Origin: Candidatus Saccharimonadota bacterium | Lineage (GTDB): Bacteria; Patescibacteriota; Saccharimonadia; Saccharimonadales; Saccharimonadaceae | Assembly: GCA_025349965.1 (NCBI GenBank) | Contig: CP075337.1 | Coordinates: 600,001-632,000, forward strand | Length of the DNA: 32,000 nt | Reading direction: 5' to 3' | Part shown: positions 16,969 to 25,446 of the stretch, one piece after another | Layout of the letters: every line of letters begins with the position of its first letter | How positions within the stretch are numbered: the stretch's first letter is position 1 | The notes under the pieces: generated by a model | Databases searched by the model: none | What the model was told of the DNA's origin: nothing | What the model saw: only the letters and a program-made list of their open reading frames with translations | Position numbers and translations under genes: made by a program

Positions 16969-17068
16969 CGACAGAGAGGCCCTCTGTCATCGCCCCGCCC
17001 TGAGGCGCTTCTCTCAGGGCAAAACCCCAGAGGAATCCACCCGAGTTGTGGATGGTTCTGGGGTTTTT
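16969..17068. terminator. three consecutive GC-rich hairpins between convergent genes (the last is a bidirectional terminator)
   Basis: Hairpin 1: GACAGAG/CTCTGTC (16970-16988). Hairpin 2: CCCTGAG/CTCAGGG (16998-17019). Hairpin 3: AAAACCCCAGA..ATCCAC/GTGGAT..TCTGGGGTTTT (17021-17068), with flanking A- and T-runs. Confidence 0.65.
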
Positions 17069-18710
17069 ACTTTCCTACAATAACCACAAAGTCTGCGTCG
17101 CCCAGCACACTCACTGGTGGCTTTGACGTCTTGAATGTTACGCCGCTATAAATCTGTTGCAGCTTCGCTACGCTCGCCGGCTTCTTTTCGCCAACCAACG
17201 AGTACACCTCGCGCCGTGCGTACGAGCCATCAGGGGCATTACCTGTATCAAGGATCGTAAATCCTTCGCCCTCAAGCCTTTCAGCAGCCTCCTGTGCCGC
17301 GCCAGCAACACCACTTCCGTTCAAGACGACAACCTTCGGGTGCTCCTTGACGTGCGGTTCGCTCGACATTTCAGTCTGGATGTATGAGTGAATATCACTG
17401 TAATCCATAATGCCCGCGGTTGGGCGCACAATACTCTGACCCATGTACATGCCAGTTGTTACAAGCATATTGTCTTCGCTCACAAGGCTGAGTGAAACAA
17501 TCTTATCGCTCTGAATCTCGGAAGCGAGGTTCATAAGCGTGCGGATTTCCTTTGTTTCAACATTAGTACGGAGGTTATTGCCAAGTGCATCAATCAGTTT
17601 TGTTACCGCGCCTAGATTTGTAAGTGTACCAGCGCTTAATGCTTTTTCGCGAAGCGCCTTTACAATCATCTGCTGATTCTTTTCACGGTCAAAGTTTCCA
17701 TTTGGAAGGCCGTACCCACCAGCAGCATTACGAGCGCGCGAAAGCGCAAGCGCATGCTCACCATCAAGGTGTACCTTTTGACCATTCTTATAGTTTACGT
17801 AGTGACACCTATATCCACACTTCCAGTCGAAGTTTCGGTCAAGAATACCACGAGGGTCTTCGCTTTGGATCGTCACGTCCACCCCACCCACAGCATCAAC
17901 CGCCTCTACAACGGCTGTGAAATTAAGGTGCGCATAATACTGAATATCAAGTCCAGTAACCTCACCGACCTTCTTCTGAAGTGCAGCAGCGCCCTCGGCT
18001 TCATTTTTGCCGTCATCAGATGCACAGAAGTAGGCAGCATTGAGCTTACCTTGATTACCTACCGTACACGTTTCTGCGTACTTCACCCAGAGGTCGCGCG
18101 GAAGGCTCAGCATGTATGCGTCTTTTTTCTTTTGATTGATACTCAGTACCATAATTGAGTCAGTTAGGTTTGCACCGCCGTGCTCACCACCCTCGTCATC
18201 TTCAGCGGTACCAAAAATAACAAAATTACTGCGGCCATTCTTATCTTCCTTGAGTGGCTGGTTTTGAACGATATCAAAAATGTTTCCTTTGAAAATATTG
18301 CCACTCGCAAAGACACCTTTAAAAATAAGATATCCAACAACGAGTACAATTGCGGCAATAAGTCCCATAGAGACCCAAAAAGCAATTCGCTTCGCCTTAC
18401 TCTTTGGCTTCTTGTTATCCTTCTTGCGTTGACGACGACCCTTGCGCCCCTTATCTTCATCATTGATACCCTTAGCGAAGGCATTTTCGTCATCAATATG
18501 ACGCAGTGACGCAAGTACATCGTCATTCTGCATCTCACGGCCAACACGAGGCTCCCCAACTCTATCTTGGGTGCTTTTTTCATTTGTATGAATAGTACGC
18601 CGAACTGGCTGCGTGGTGGTTGTTCTATTCTTAATCCCATGAAGTTCGCCCACACGACTCCCTGGTTGACGAGGGATAAACCCGTCAATAGATGGTCTTC
18701 TATTACTCAT
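17067..18710 (-). CDS. LytR-CpsA-Psr (LCP) family cell-envelope phosphotransferase with LytR_C domain
   Basis: The frame runs to 18755, but an extended -10 TGATACAAT (18724-18732) lies between 18755 and ATG 18710 (MSNRRPSIDGF...). The protein has a basic N-terminus, one TM helix, an LCP core (NFVIFGTAEDD...NLTDSIMVLSINQKKKDAYMLSLPRDLWV) and a C-terminal VVVLNGSGVAGAAQEAAERLEGEGF. Confidence 0.85.
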   Translation of the reverse strand: MSNRRPSIDGFIPRQPGSRVGELHGIKNRTTTTQPVRRTIHTNEKSTQDRVGEPRVGREMQNDDVLASLRHIDDENAFAKGINDEDKGRKGRRQRKKDNKKPKSKAKRIAFWVSMGLIAAIVLVVGYLIFKGVFASGNIFKGNIFDIVQNQPLKEDKNGRSNFVIFGTAEDDEGGEHGGANLTDSIMVLSINQKKKDAYMLSLPRDLWVKYAETCTVGNQGKLNAAYFCASDDGKNEAEGAAALQKKVGEVTGLDIQYYAHLNFTAVVEAVDAVGGVDVTIQSEDPRGILDRNFDWKCGYRCHYVNYKNGQKVHLDGEHALALSRARNAAGGYGLPNGNFDREKNQQMIVKALREKALSAGTLTNLGAVTKLIDALGNNLRTNVETKEIRTLMNLASEIQSDKIVSLSLVSEDNMLVTTGMYMGQSIVRPTAGIMDYSDIHSYIQTEMSSEPHVKEHPKVVVLNGSGVAGAAQEAAERLEGEGFTILDTGNAPDGSYARREVYSLVGEKKPASVAKLQQIYSGVTFKTSKPPVSVLGDADFVVIVGK

Positions 18711-18723
18711 AAACGTACTTCTA

Positions 18724-18732
18724 ATTGTATCA
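18724..18732 (-). promoter_or_regulatory. extended -10 (TGATACAAT) 13 nt upstream of the LCP ATG 18710
   Basis: Reverse strand reads cacTGTGATACAATtagaagtacgtttATG. The same 9-mer precedes parA and rplU. Confidence 0.4.
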
Positions 18733-18787
18733 CAGTGAGGTGGTGTTTTCGCCAAGTTGCGAGTATACTGAATAAGGTTAGAACACT

Positions 18788-19393
18788 ATGGAAGCCTCAT
18801 ATTTAACACGCCACCCCCTATTGAAAGATGCGCTCAACCTTGGGCTTTTTGTTGTACTTGTTATTATTGGCACTATTCTTATCAATACGTTCATCTTTCG
18901 TAGCTATAATGTCGTCGGCCCGAGTATGGAATCTACCCTTTTTACGGGTGACCGCCTCCTCGTTAATCGCATGCCCGTCACTTGGGCACACATCAAAGGC
19001 AAAAGCTACCTCCCAGAGCGCGGTCAAGTAATTGTTTTCGAAAATCCGCAAGTAAGCACTGGCGGTAATGTTGAGAATAAATACATCGTAAAACGCGTTA
19101 TTGGACTACCGGGCGAACGCGTCGTCCTTAAGGATGGCAAATTCACTGTCTACAATACAGAGCATCCAGACGGATTTAACCCAGATGAGTTAACGAAAGA
19201 TGTCACCGCACCAGAAACTACCGGTGAAGCAGATGTTATTGTGCCAGAAAAAGAAATCTTCGTCAGTGGCGATCACCGCGAAGGAACGTTCTCATACGAT
19301 TCTCGTAACGGCCTCGGTACTATTCCACTCTACGATGTAATTGGCCCAGCCAGCTTGCGAATTTTCCCGCTTACAAAAGTTCGCGGCTTTTAA
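18788..19393 (+). CDS. lepB: signal peptidase I (S26)
   Basis: 201-aa ORF with an N-terminal TM helix, a catalytic Ser box GPSMESTL, a Lys box KRVIGLPGERV and GDHREGTFSYDSR. Confidence 0.9.
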   Translation: MEASYLTRHPLLKDALNLGLFVVLVIIGTILINTFIFRSYNVVGPSMESTLFTGDRLLVNRMPVTWAHIKGKSYLPERGQVIVFENPQVSTGGNVENKYIVKRVIGLPGERVVLKDGKFTVYNTEHPDGFNPDELTKDVTAPETTGEADVIVPEKEIFVSGDHREGTFSYDSRNGLGTIPLYDVIGPASLRIFPLTKVRGF

Positions 19394-19403
19394 AAGTATT
19401 CCT

Positions 19404-19533
19404 AAAAATAAATCAGCCTCTGGCGTATTTGACAGACCGTTACACGCCTTGAAATTCACGTTTAGCGATGTAATTTCAAGGGTTGCACTTCGCTTTTAGT
19501 CTGTAAAATACACCAGAGGCTGATTTATTTTTT
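19404..19533. repeat. ~130-bp imperfect inverted repeat / compound hairpin between lepB and parB
   Basis: The outer arms AAAATAAATCAGCCTCTGGCGTATTTGACAGAC and GTCTGTAAAATACACCAGAGGCTGATTTATTTT span 33 bp with 2 mismatches. The inner hairpin is CCTTGAAATTcAC / GTaAATTTCAAGG. T-runs occur on both strands. Confidence 0.7.
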
Positions 19534-19544
19534 CTGCAAACCTT

Positions 19545-20486
19545 TTATTCACCGAGAAGCTTTTGAATCCGCTCTAATTCTTCAGGCGTCTTAAAGCCAA
19601 TCACAATCTTCCCAGAGCCGCGAACACCAAGCTTAACGTCAACTTTTGCATTGAGGCGTTCACCTAAGTGGCCGGCAAATACTTTTCCTTGCTCCGCAAT
19701 ACGCATAACGTGCTCATCAGCAGTGTCGTCATTCTTTTCAGCTGCTTCTTCACCAGACCGCTTTACGTCAGAGATGTACTGCTCGATTTTGCGCGCACTC
19801 CACCCTTCGGCGACGATTTTCGGCACAATTTCACTTAAGAATACTGGGTCCTGCCCAATCAACGGACGCGCCTGGCCTTCGGTTAACTTCCCTTCGGCAA
19901 TCAATGTTGCCACATCTTGCGGGAGCTTCAGAAGGCGCATCGTATTCACGACAGCGGATACGGATTTATTCACACGCTTTGCAATCTGCTCATTGGTAAG
20001 ATTGAACTGGTCGCGCAACTTTGCATACCCTACCGCCGTCTCAATTGCGTTAAGGTCGCGACGCTGGATGTTCTCAATCAATGACACCTCAAGCTGGTGC
20101 TGGTCGCTCATTGTACGGATTACAACCGGAATCTCTTTCAATCCCGCCATCTTCGACGCCCTAAAACGGCGCTCACCAGCAACAATCTGGTACTTCGCAC
20201 CAGAAGTCAGCGCTTCATCCGGGTCAACACTGCCACCTAGTGGCGTAACAAGAATTGGCTGCAACACGCCATGCTCTTTAATAGACGCAGAGAGCTCTTC
20301 AAGTGCCACGGGGTCAAATGTGCGACGCGGCTGGTCAGGGTTTACCTCAATACGAGAAATCGACAGCACACCCTCGCTTGTGACCTGCTTTTCAGCAACC
20401 GCCATTGGGTTGAAGCTATCATCAATAAGATCAGTTGGAATTAACGACTCAAAGCCGCGTCCAAGCCCCTTCTTTGCCGCACTCAT
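19545..20486 (-). CDS. parB: chromosome partitioning protein ParB/Spo0J
   Basis: 313-aa ORF with GLGRGFESLIP, IVAGERRFRAS and an HTH region NEQIAKRVNKSVSAVVNTMRLLKL. It has an ATGA start/stop overlap with parA. Confidence 0.9.
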   Translation of the reverse strand: MSAAKKGLGRGFESLIPTDLIDDSFNPMAVAEKQVTSEGVLSISRIEVNPDQPRRTFDPVALEELSASIKEHGVLQPILVTPLGGSVDPDEALTSGAKYQIVAGERRFRASKMAGLKEIPVVIRTMSDQHQLEVSLIENIQRRDLNAIETAVGYAKLRDQFNLTNEQIAKRVNKSVSAVVNTMRLLKLPQDVATLIAEGKLTEGQARPLIGQDPVFLSEIVPKIVAEGWSARKIEQYISDVKRSGEEAAEKNDDTADEHVMRIAEQGKVFAGHLGERLNAKVDVKLGVRGSGKIVIGFKTPEELERIQKLLGE

Positions 20487-21259
20487 GCCGCCACCTCCGC
20501 TGTGCGCTCAATCACTTCTTTTGCAAGTGATTTATAGGCGCGTGCACCCTTAGAAAACTTATCATACACACCAATTGGCAAACCGTGGCTCGGTGCTTCA
20601 GCAAGACGGATATTACGCGGAATCACTGCCTCAAACACACGCCCCGGGAAGTGCCGCTGAATTTCACCCAACACCTGCGTACTAAGCGTGGTGCGGCTAT
20701 CTACCATGGTTGGCAGCACGCCAAGCAACTCAAGCCCCGGGTTCATCCCCTTGCGGACAAGTTTCATGGTTTCAAGCAACTGGCCAAGGCCCTCAAGCGC
20801 GTAAAACTCAGCCTGCACCGGAAGGAGCACATACTTCGCTGCAATCAGCCCATTTACTGTCAGGAGGCTCAAACTTGGCGGACTATCAATCACGACAAAA
20901 TCAAAGGCCTCGCCTTCAGTATCAATCGCCATCTTAAGACGCGAAAAGCGCTTATCTACCTGTGCAAGCTCAACTTCAGTATTCGCCAACACAGAAGTTG
21001 TTGGTGCCACCCAAAGGTTCTTGTGCTCTGTTGCCACCACCGCGTCGCGCAGTGCCGCCTCGCCTTTCACAACATCAGTCATTGTAACCGGAAGCGTCGT
21101 TTTATCAATCCCAAGTCCAGAGGTTGCATTTCCCTGCGGATCAAAGTCAACCAACAATGTCTTTTTTCCCGCCTTCGCAAGAAAATACGCTAAGTTAATA
21201 GAGGTAGTCGTCTTTCCAACGCCTCCTTTTTGATTTGTGACAGCAATCACTGTCGCCAT
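20483..21259 (-). CDS. parA: chromosome partitioning ATPase ParA/Soj
   Basis: The frame runs to 21277; I prefer ATG 21259 (MATVIAVTNQKGGVGKTTT, deviant Walker A). GAGGGT SD and TGATACAAT -10 lie upstream. Confidence 0.9.
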   Translation of the reverse strand: MATVIAVTNQKGGVGKTTTSINLAYFLAKAGKKTLLVDFDPQGNATSGLGIDKTTLPVTMTDVVKGEAALRDAVVATEHKNLWVAPTTSVLANTEVELAQVDKRFSRLKMAIDTEGEAFDFVVIDSPPSLSLLTVNGLIAAKYVLLPVQAEFYALEGLGQLLETMKLVRKGMNPGLELLGVLPTMVDSRTTLSTQVLGEIQRHFPGRVFEAVIPRNIRLAEAPSHGLPIGVYDKFSKGARAYKSLAKEVIERTAEVAA

Positions 21260-21325
21260 GTTAGTTTTTACCCTCATCCATGAGCATTATTGTATCACGA
21301 TTACTGGGGTAAGCGGAATATCAAT

Positions 21326-23890
21326 CTATTCAGCTTGTTTGCGTCGCTTCAATGCGACGAGGATAATACCACCAGCAATAACAATTCCTGCAACTACCCA
21401 CCATGTTGCGCTCCAAGGCTGTGATGATTCATTCGTTGCAAGGAGTTGCCCAGGAACTGCCGTGCCTACCTCGCCTCTAGCGGGTGATACCGCTGTATTG
21501 TTGTCTTCGGTAGACCGCACCTGCGCCTCAGCCGTCACTTCAGGCTCAGCTGTAAGAATTTGAGCACGTGAAGCCTGAGCAAAAGCAGGTCGCTGCTTGA
21601 GTAAGGACGGCAATGTAGCACCTCCTGATGTATTCGAGACCGTTACAGTTACTGGGTATGGCCCCAATTCATCAACGGTTTCATCCGGATTTACAACTCT
21701 CACAAACACCGTATGGCTTCCGGCTGGCAATGCTTTTGGAAGCGTACAGCTCCAGCTTCCAGTATCACTTGCGGTTGCTGTACATGATACTGGATCAGAG
21801 TGGACTGTTACCGTGACAGTAGCATGCGGTGCCGCCATGCCACTAAATGTTGGGCGTTGTAAAATTACAGGCGTCCCCGTCAGTGCACCGCTACCGCTAT
21901 TCGTCCGTACGGTCGGTTGTGTCACCTCCCCCGAACCCGCACCTGGGTTAAAGACAAATGTGCTTGAACCATTAACGGAAACACTTCCTTCGTAGGCAGT
22001 ATTAAACGTTGCCGGGAGCCATACCTCAACCTGCGTGTCGTTACTTACCTGCACTCCGTCACGCAGTATCCAATAGCACGGAGCGTTATCGGAGACAGGC
22101 GCACCTGGGATAATATCCACGATTTCCTGCGCCGTGAGCCCAAATCCTTCAGCACAAAACGGGAGCGCTATCCTATTAAGCGTCACGAGTGATCGCGTAA
22201 ACGCCTGAGAGTAGTCGGGTATGAGTGCATCTCCTTGTACCTTCAGAACCGTCTTTCCGGCCACTGTCGTAAAGGACGCGCCTGTGATCACCTGCGGTGC
22301 AGTGATTCTCACATACACAATCCGCTCGACAAAACGGCCTGACACCCCTTCCGCACGTACGCAGGCAGCTCGAACTGCGTTACTCCCCTTAATTTCAGTC
22401 TTTGCCGTAAGTGTATTGTTAATAATGGCAAAATCACCATCATGCGAACCTGGAACACTACAATTCAGACCGTATGAAACCGGTGTAAATCCATTCACTG
22501 AGAATTCTGCAAGCACCGCCCCGGCGGACCGTGGCCCGCCATACGTTATCGGGTCCCACTCACTATTCCCTTCCGCACCAACAACAGAGATACTTCCACA
22601 ATCAGACCCACGGTCATAAAATTTCCAGCCATAGGTGTCTATAATAAATTGGCGACTTGGTGCGGCCGCACAATAGCCTATATCGGTGACCAGAATGACA
22701 TCCCGCTGAAGGTTCTGAGTAGCCCAAGACTGAAGCGTTATATCATACTGCTCAAGACCAAATGATGTCGTACCGCCCACAAAATTCTGCATACTCTTTA
22801 TAGTACTGACATTCCAGTCCGCAAGGTCTTGATTAAACGCGACCGCATTGGAAAACATACCATCAATCGTCTCCACGCCAACCATATCCCACTGCGAAAG
22901 GTCACTGTTAAAATGTTCCGTGTTTGAAAACATACCGCTCATATTCGTTACACTGCCAACATCCCAACGAGAGACATCACCGTCAAAGGCAGTCATAGAG
23001 AACATGCTTCGCATAGATACAACCTTAGATACATCCCATCGTGACACATCGGAATTGAACTGCGACGCATTAAAAAACGCACCTTCCATATCTGTCACGT
23101 TCCCGACGTCCCAGTTGGAGAGATCGCCAGTAAATGCACTAGCTCCAGTTAATATATTCTTCATATTTTCGACATTACTCACATCCCACTGCGAAATGTC
23201 CCCATTAAATGCAGTTGCGCCCAAAAACATAGCCTGCATGCTTATTACGCGACTTGTATTCCAGTCCGATATATCTCCGTTGAATGCAGTTGCATTGTGA
23301 AAGAGTCGTTCCATATTCGTCACGTTACTTACGTCCCACCCACTAAAATCGGCATTTACAAGTGACGCTGATGAGAACATCCCCCGCATACTCGTTACGT
23401 GGCTCGTATTTGGTGTATCAGTTGCGTTGATGTGAAGATTTTGTGCAAAACTAAAGGCAAAGTCCATATTTGGCCCCCACTGCGCCGTCCCCCACTGCTC
23501 AATAGAGATGATCTTTTGGCTATCTGGGCTTGCAAAATAGAAGTTCATCCCCCCGTGTGTACCAGATATACGAATGGTATACACCCCGGGTGTTTCATAG
23601 GTATGATCAGCCGCGCGCACGACATCCGTCTGGTCGGTAATACCATCATCCTCCCAATCAATTGAGTACCCCTCGCCAAGCATCGGCAACCTAAAAGAGC
23701 GGCTGTCACTTCCCCCTTCGTTATCTGTCTTTACTCGGATCACCATGTCACTTGCCGGTGACTCTTCGGCGCGCGCAGAATGAAGGAATACAAGCCCAAG
23801 CGTCGTCACGATCACCGTAAAAATAAACACAAAAAGAGACGCCATCATCGTCTTTCGGCGCATCTGCGTATATTTAACCTGCAAGCTCAC
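21326..23890 (-). CDS. large surface protein with BspA-type (DUF285) leucine-rich repeats, Ig-like region and C-terminal TM anchor
   Basis: 854-aa ORF; the start is uncertain (GTG 23890, TTG 23884 or ATG 23863). It has an N-terminal signal/TM (MMASLFVFIFTVIVTTLGLVFL) and eight F..A..FN.D[ILV]S.W[DN]V..V..M..MF units. An Ig-like segment follows (ATVTVTVHSDPVSCTATASDTGSWSCTLP). The C-terminus is WWVVAGIVIAGGIILVALKRRKQAE. Confidence 0.85.
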   Translation of the reverse strand: MSLQVKYTQMRRKTMMASLFVFIFTVIVTTLGLVFLHSARAEESPASDMVIRVKTDNEGGSDSRSFRLPMLGEGYSIDWEDDGITDQTDVVRAADHTYETPGVYTIRISGTHGGMNFYFASPDSQKIISIEQWGTAQWGPNMDFAFSFAQNLHINATDTPNTSHVTSMRGMFSSASLVNADFSGWDVSNVTNMERLFHNATAFNGDISDWNTSRVISMQAMFLGATAFNGDISQWDVSNVENMKNILTGASAFTGDLSNWDVGNVTDMEGAFFNASQFNSDVSRWDVSKVVSMRSMFSMTAFDGDVSRWDVGSVTNMSGMFSNTEHFNSDLSQWDMVGVETIDGMFSNAVAFNQDLADWNVSTIKSMQNFVGGTTSFGLEQYDITLQSWATQNLQRDVILVTDIGYCAAAPSRQFIIDTYGWKFYDRGSDCGSISVVGAEGNSEWDPITYGGPRSAGAVLAEFSVNGFTPVSYGLNCSVPGSHDGDFAIINNTLTAKTEIKGSNAVRAACVRAEGVSGRFVERIVYVRITAPQVITGASFTTVAGKTVLKVQGDALIPDYSQAFTRSLVTLNRIALPFCAEGFGLTAQEIVDIIPGAPVSDNAPCYWILRDGVQVSNDTQVEVWLPATFNTAYEGSVSVNGSSTFVFNPGAGSGEVTQPTVRTNSGSGALTGTPVILQRPTFSGMAAPHATVTVTVHSDPVSCTATASDTGSWSCTLPKALPAGSHTVFVRVVNPDETVDELGPYPVTVTVSNTSGGATLPSLLKQRPAFAQASRAQILTAEPEVTAEAQVRSTEDNNTAVSPARGEVGTAVPGQLLATNESSQPWSATWWVVAGIVIAGGIILVALKRRKQAE
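22760..23488 (-). repeat. tandem ~23-25-codon DUF285/BspA repeat array inside the surface-protein gene
   Basis: The protein-level periodicity is GWDVSNVTNM, DWNTSRVISM, QWDVSNVENM, NWDVGNVTDM, RWDVSKVVSM, RWDVGSVTNM, QWDMVGVETI, DWNVSTIKSM. A degenerate unit precedes these. Confidence 0.8.
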
Positions 23891-23939
23891 TCCCCCACGC
23901 GTGCCTAAAATCTCGCAAACGGCACGTTTCGTTAGGTTT

Positions 23940-23968
23940 ATTATAATAGTCTATTTCAATTAGCGCAA
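23940..23968 (-). promoter_or_regulatory. sigma70-type promoter of the BspA-like gene
   Basis: Reverse strand reads TTGCGC (23963-23968), a 17-nt spacer, then TATAAT (23940-23945). It lies directly after the rplU terminator. Confidence 0.5.
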
Positions 23969-23970
23969 GC

Positions 23971-24001
23971 TAAACAAAACCCCCTCAGATTGGAGGGGGT
24001 T
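23971..24001 (-). terminator. rho-independent terminator after rplU
   Basis: AACCCCCTC (23978-23986) pairs with GAGGGGGTT (23993-24001). The minus strand continues TTTTGTTTA. Confidence 0.75.
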
Positions 24002-24017
24002 TCAGAAGAAGGAAGCC

Positions 24018-24326
24018 TTACTTGATTGAAGTAATCTCAATCCTTGAGTACTTCTGGCGGTGACCATTCACCTTGTGAACGCGCTTCTTAGATTTGTAGC
24101 GGATAACTTGGATCTTATCACCCTTTACCTCTGCTTCTACAACCTTAGCGGTTACTTTCACACCCTTTACCGTTGGAGCGCCGACAGTAGTCTTGTCGCC
24201 ATCAATCACCAACAGTGCGTCAAGCGTGAGCTCTTTAGTTCCTTCTTGGAGGAGGTCCACCAAGAGGGTCTCTTTCTCGGTAACAATATGTTGCTTGCCA
24301 CCGATCTTAACGACTGCTTTTGTCAT
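24018..24326 (-). CDS. rplU: 50S ribosomal protein L21
   Basis: 102-aa ORF MTKAVVKIGGKQHIVTEKETLLVD...HRQKYSRIEITSI with SD AAGGAAG upstream. No rpmA follows; a terminator does. Confidence 0.9.
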   Translation of the reverse strand: MTKAVVKIGGKQHIVTEKETLLVDLLQEGTKELTLDALLVIDGDKTTVGAPTVKGVKVTAKVVEAEVKGDKIQVIRYKSKKRVHKVNGHRQKYSRIEITSIK

Positions 24327-24377
24327 TTCTTCTTACTTCCTTAAGTTATTTAAAACTCTTTTAATAATCAGTAATTT

Positions 24378-24386
24378 ATTGTATCA
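24378..24386 (-). promoter_or_regulatory. extended -10 (TGATACAAT) upstream of rplU
   Basis: Reverse strand reads ctcTGATACAATaaatt... It is followed by a ~50-nt leader carrying SD AAGGAAG. Confidence 0.4.
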
Positions 24387-24424
24387 GAGATGGAGAGGTT
24401 TGTAAACTCCCCTCCCCGTTCATT

Positions 24425-24478
24425 CAAAAAGGAAAAGGGCGGGTTGCCAAGGAGTATAAAACTCCCAGCAACCCGCCC
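24425..24478 (-). terminator. rho-independent terminator after the LAxTG gene
   Basis: GGGCGGGTTGC (24437-24447) pairs with GCAACCCGCCC (24468-24478). The minus strand continues TTTTCCTTTTT. Confidence 0.75.
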
Positions 24479-24489
24479 GAGTGTAAGCG

Positions 24490-25446
24490 TCAGTCCTCGA
24501 GGGACTTCTTCTCACGGCGCAGAACGAGCAGGAAGAACCCGCCAGTCACGGCGATGACGCCGACGACGATCAGGAACTTCGAGGTGGTAGTATCGCCGAA
24601 TCCGGTCACCGCCAGCTGAGCCGGCTGCTCCGTCGTGGTCGTGACGACCGCCGCCGGAACCGCCGTGGCCTCCTCCTTCTTGGTGAAGTCGGGGAAAACG
24701 ATGTCCGACTCGCCATTACAGGCGTGCACGCACTCGGGGTGCGGCAGCGGCTCAGGCAGCTCAGGGAAAACGATGTCGGTACCGGTGCACTCATGGAAGT
24801 CGAACGGAATGAACCACTCCGACTCGCCAACCAGCGCGTAGCCCTCAAGGGCAACGGCCGTAACCGTCGCCTCGTAGCCACCCACCGGAATCAGTCCGTA
24901 CTCCACGGCTTCACCGTTGACGAAGTACTGGATGCCTTCCGTGTTGCTGATCTTCACCCAGCGCTGCTCCGCCATCGGCGGACGGCACGGCTCGTACGTC
25001 TTGGTCGGGGCTTCCGCCGTGACCTCGATCAGTTCGGGCTGCTCCTCCGTGGGCTCCTCGGAATCGTCGGACTCATCGCCCTCCTGCTCCGTGGCACCCT
25101 CGGTGTCGTCGACGATCACATCGTCCAGATCACCCGGCATGTAGCCAGAGTCATCCGCGACATCGATGTCATCCTCGTTCAGCGGTTCGTCCTGCGGTAC
25201 ATCCGCAGGAACATCCAGCCCGGGGCCGTCAGTGACAGACGCATCACCTTCCGGCAGTACGCCTTCATCCGCGTCACCCGTGCTGGGGTTGTTGGTGTCG
25301 TCATCGGACACTCCTTCCGTCAGCGGCGTCACGACGGACACCTCCTGCCCCTCTACCGCATACGCGGCGGCGGGAACGAACATGAATGCCATGACAGCGG
25401 TTGCTGCCACAGCGAAAACGCCAAGAATCCTCTTGATCATTTCCAT
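24490..25446 (-). CDS. sortase-anchored (LAxTG) acidic surface protein, GC-rich
   Basis: The frame runs to 25506; the signal peptide starts at ATG 25446 or 25440 (MEMIKRILGVFAVAATAVMAFMFVPAAAYA). A ~120-aa D/E/P-rich stalk and a Cys-containing domain follow. The C-terminus is LAVTG + FLIVVGVIAVTGGFFLLVL + RREKK. Local GC is 44/60 at 24601-24660. Confidence 0.8.
   Translation of the reverse strand: MEMIKRILGVFAVAATAVMAFMFVPAAAYAVEGQEVSVVTPLTEGVSDDDTNNPSTGDADEGVLPEGDASVTDGPGLDVPADVPQDEPLNEDDIDVADDSGYMPGDLDDVIVDDTEGATEQEGDESDDSEEPTEEQPELIEVTAEAPTKTYEPCRPPMAEQRWVKISNTEGIQYFVNGEAVEYGLIPVGGYEATVTAVALEGYALVGESEWFIPFDFHECTGTDIVFPELPEPLPHPECVHACNGESDIVFPDFTKKEEATAVPAAVVTTTTEQPAQLAVTGFGDTTTSKFLIVVGVIAVTGGFFLLVLRREKKSLED

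Noticed and set aside
16969-17068. Possibility that the hairpins after GC-rich cassettes (also 27879-27974 and 30135-30200) are integron attC sites
   Set aside because: There are no RYYYAAC/GTTRRRY core sites and no single long imperfect bulged hairpin. No intI is present, and each cassette has its own promoter, unlike integron cassettes.
19651-20553. 300-aa plus-strand ORF opposite parB, with similar long antisense ORFs at 8570-9259 and 20585-21193
   Set aside because: All lie antisense to genes with unmistakable family signatures (parB, proS, parA), and none has a start context.
19394-21325. parS site (TGTTNCACGTGAAACA) in or near parAB
   Set aside because: By eye I found only partial half-site matches, for example cgtgaaacg at about 13086 and gtttcacgg at about 623, and no full palindrome. 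The negative result is not decisive without a computed scan.
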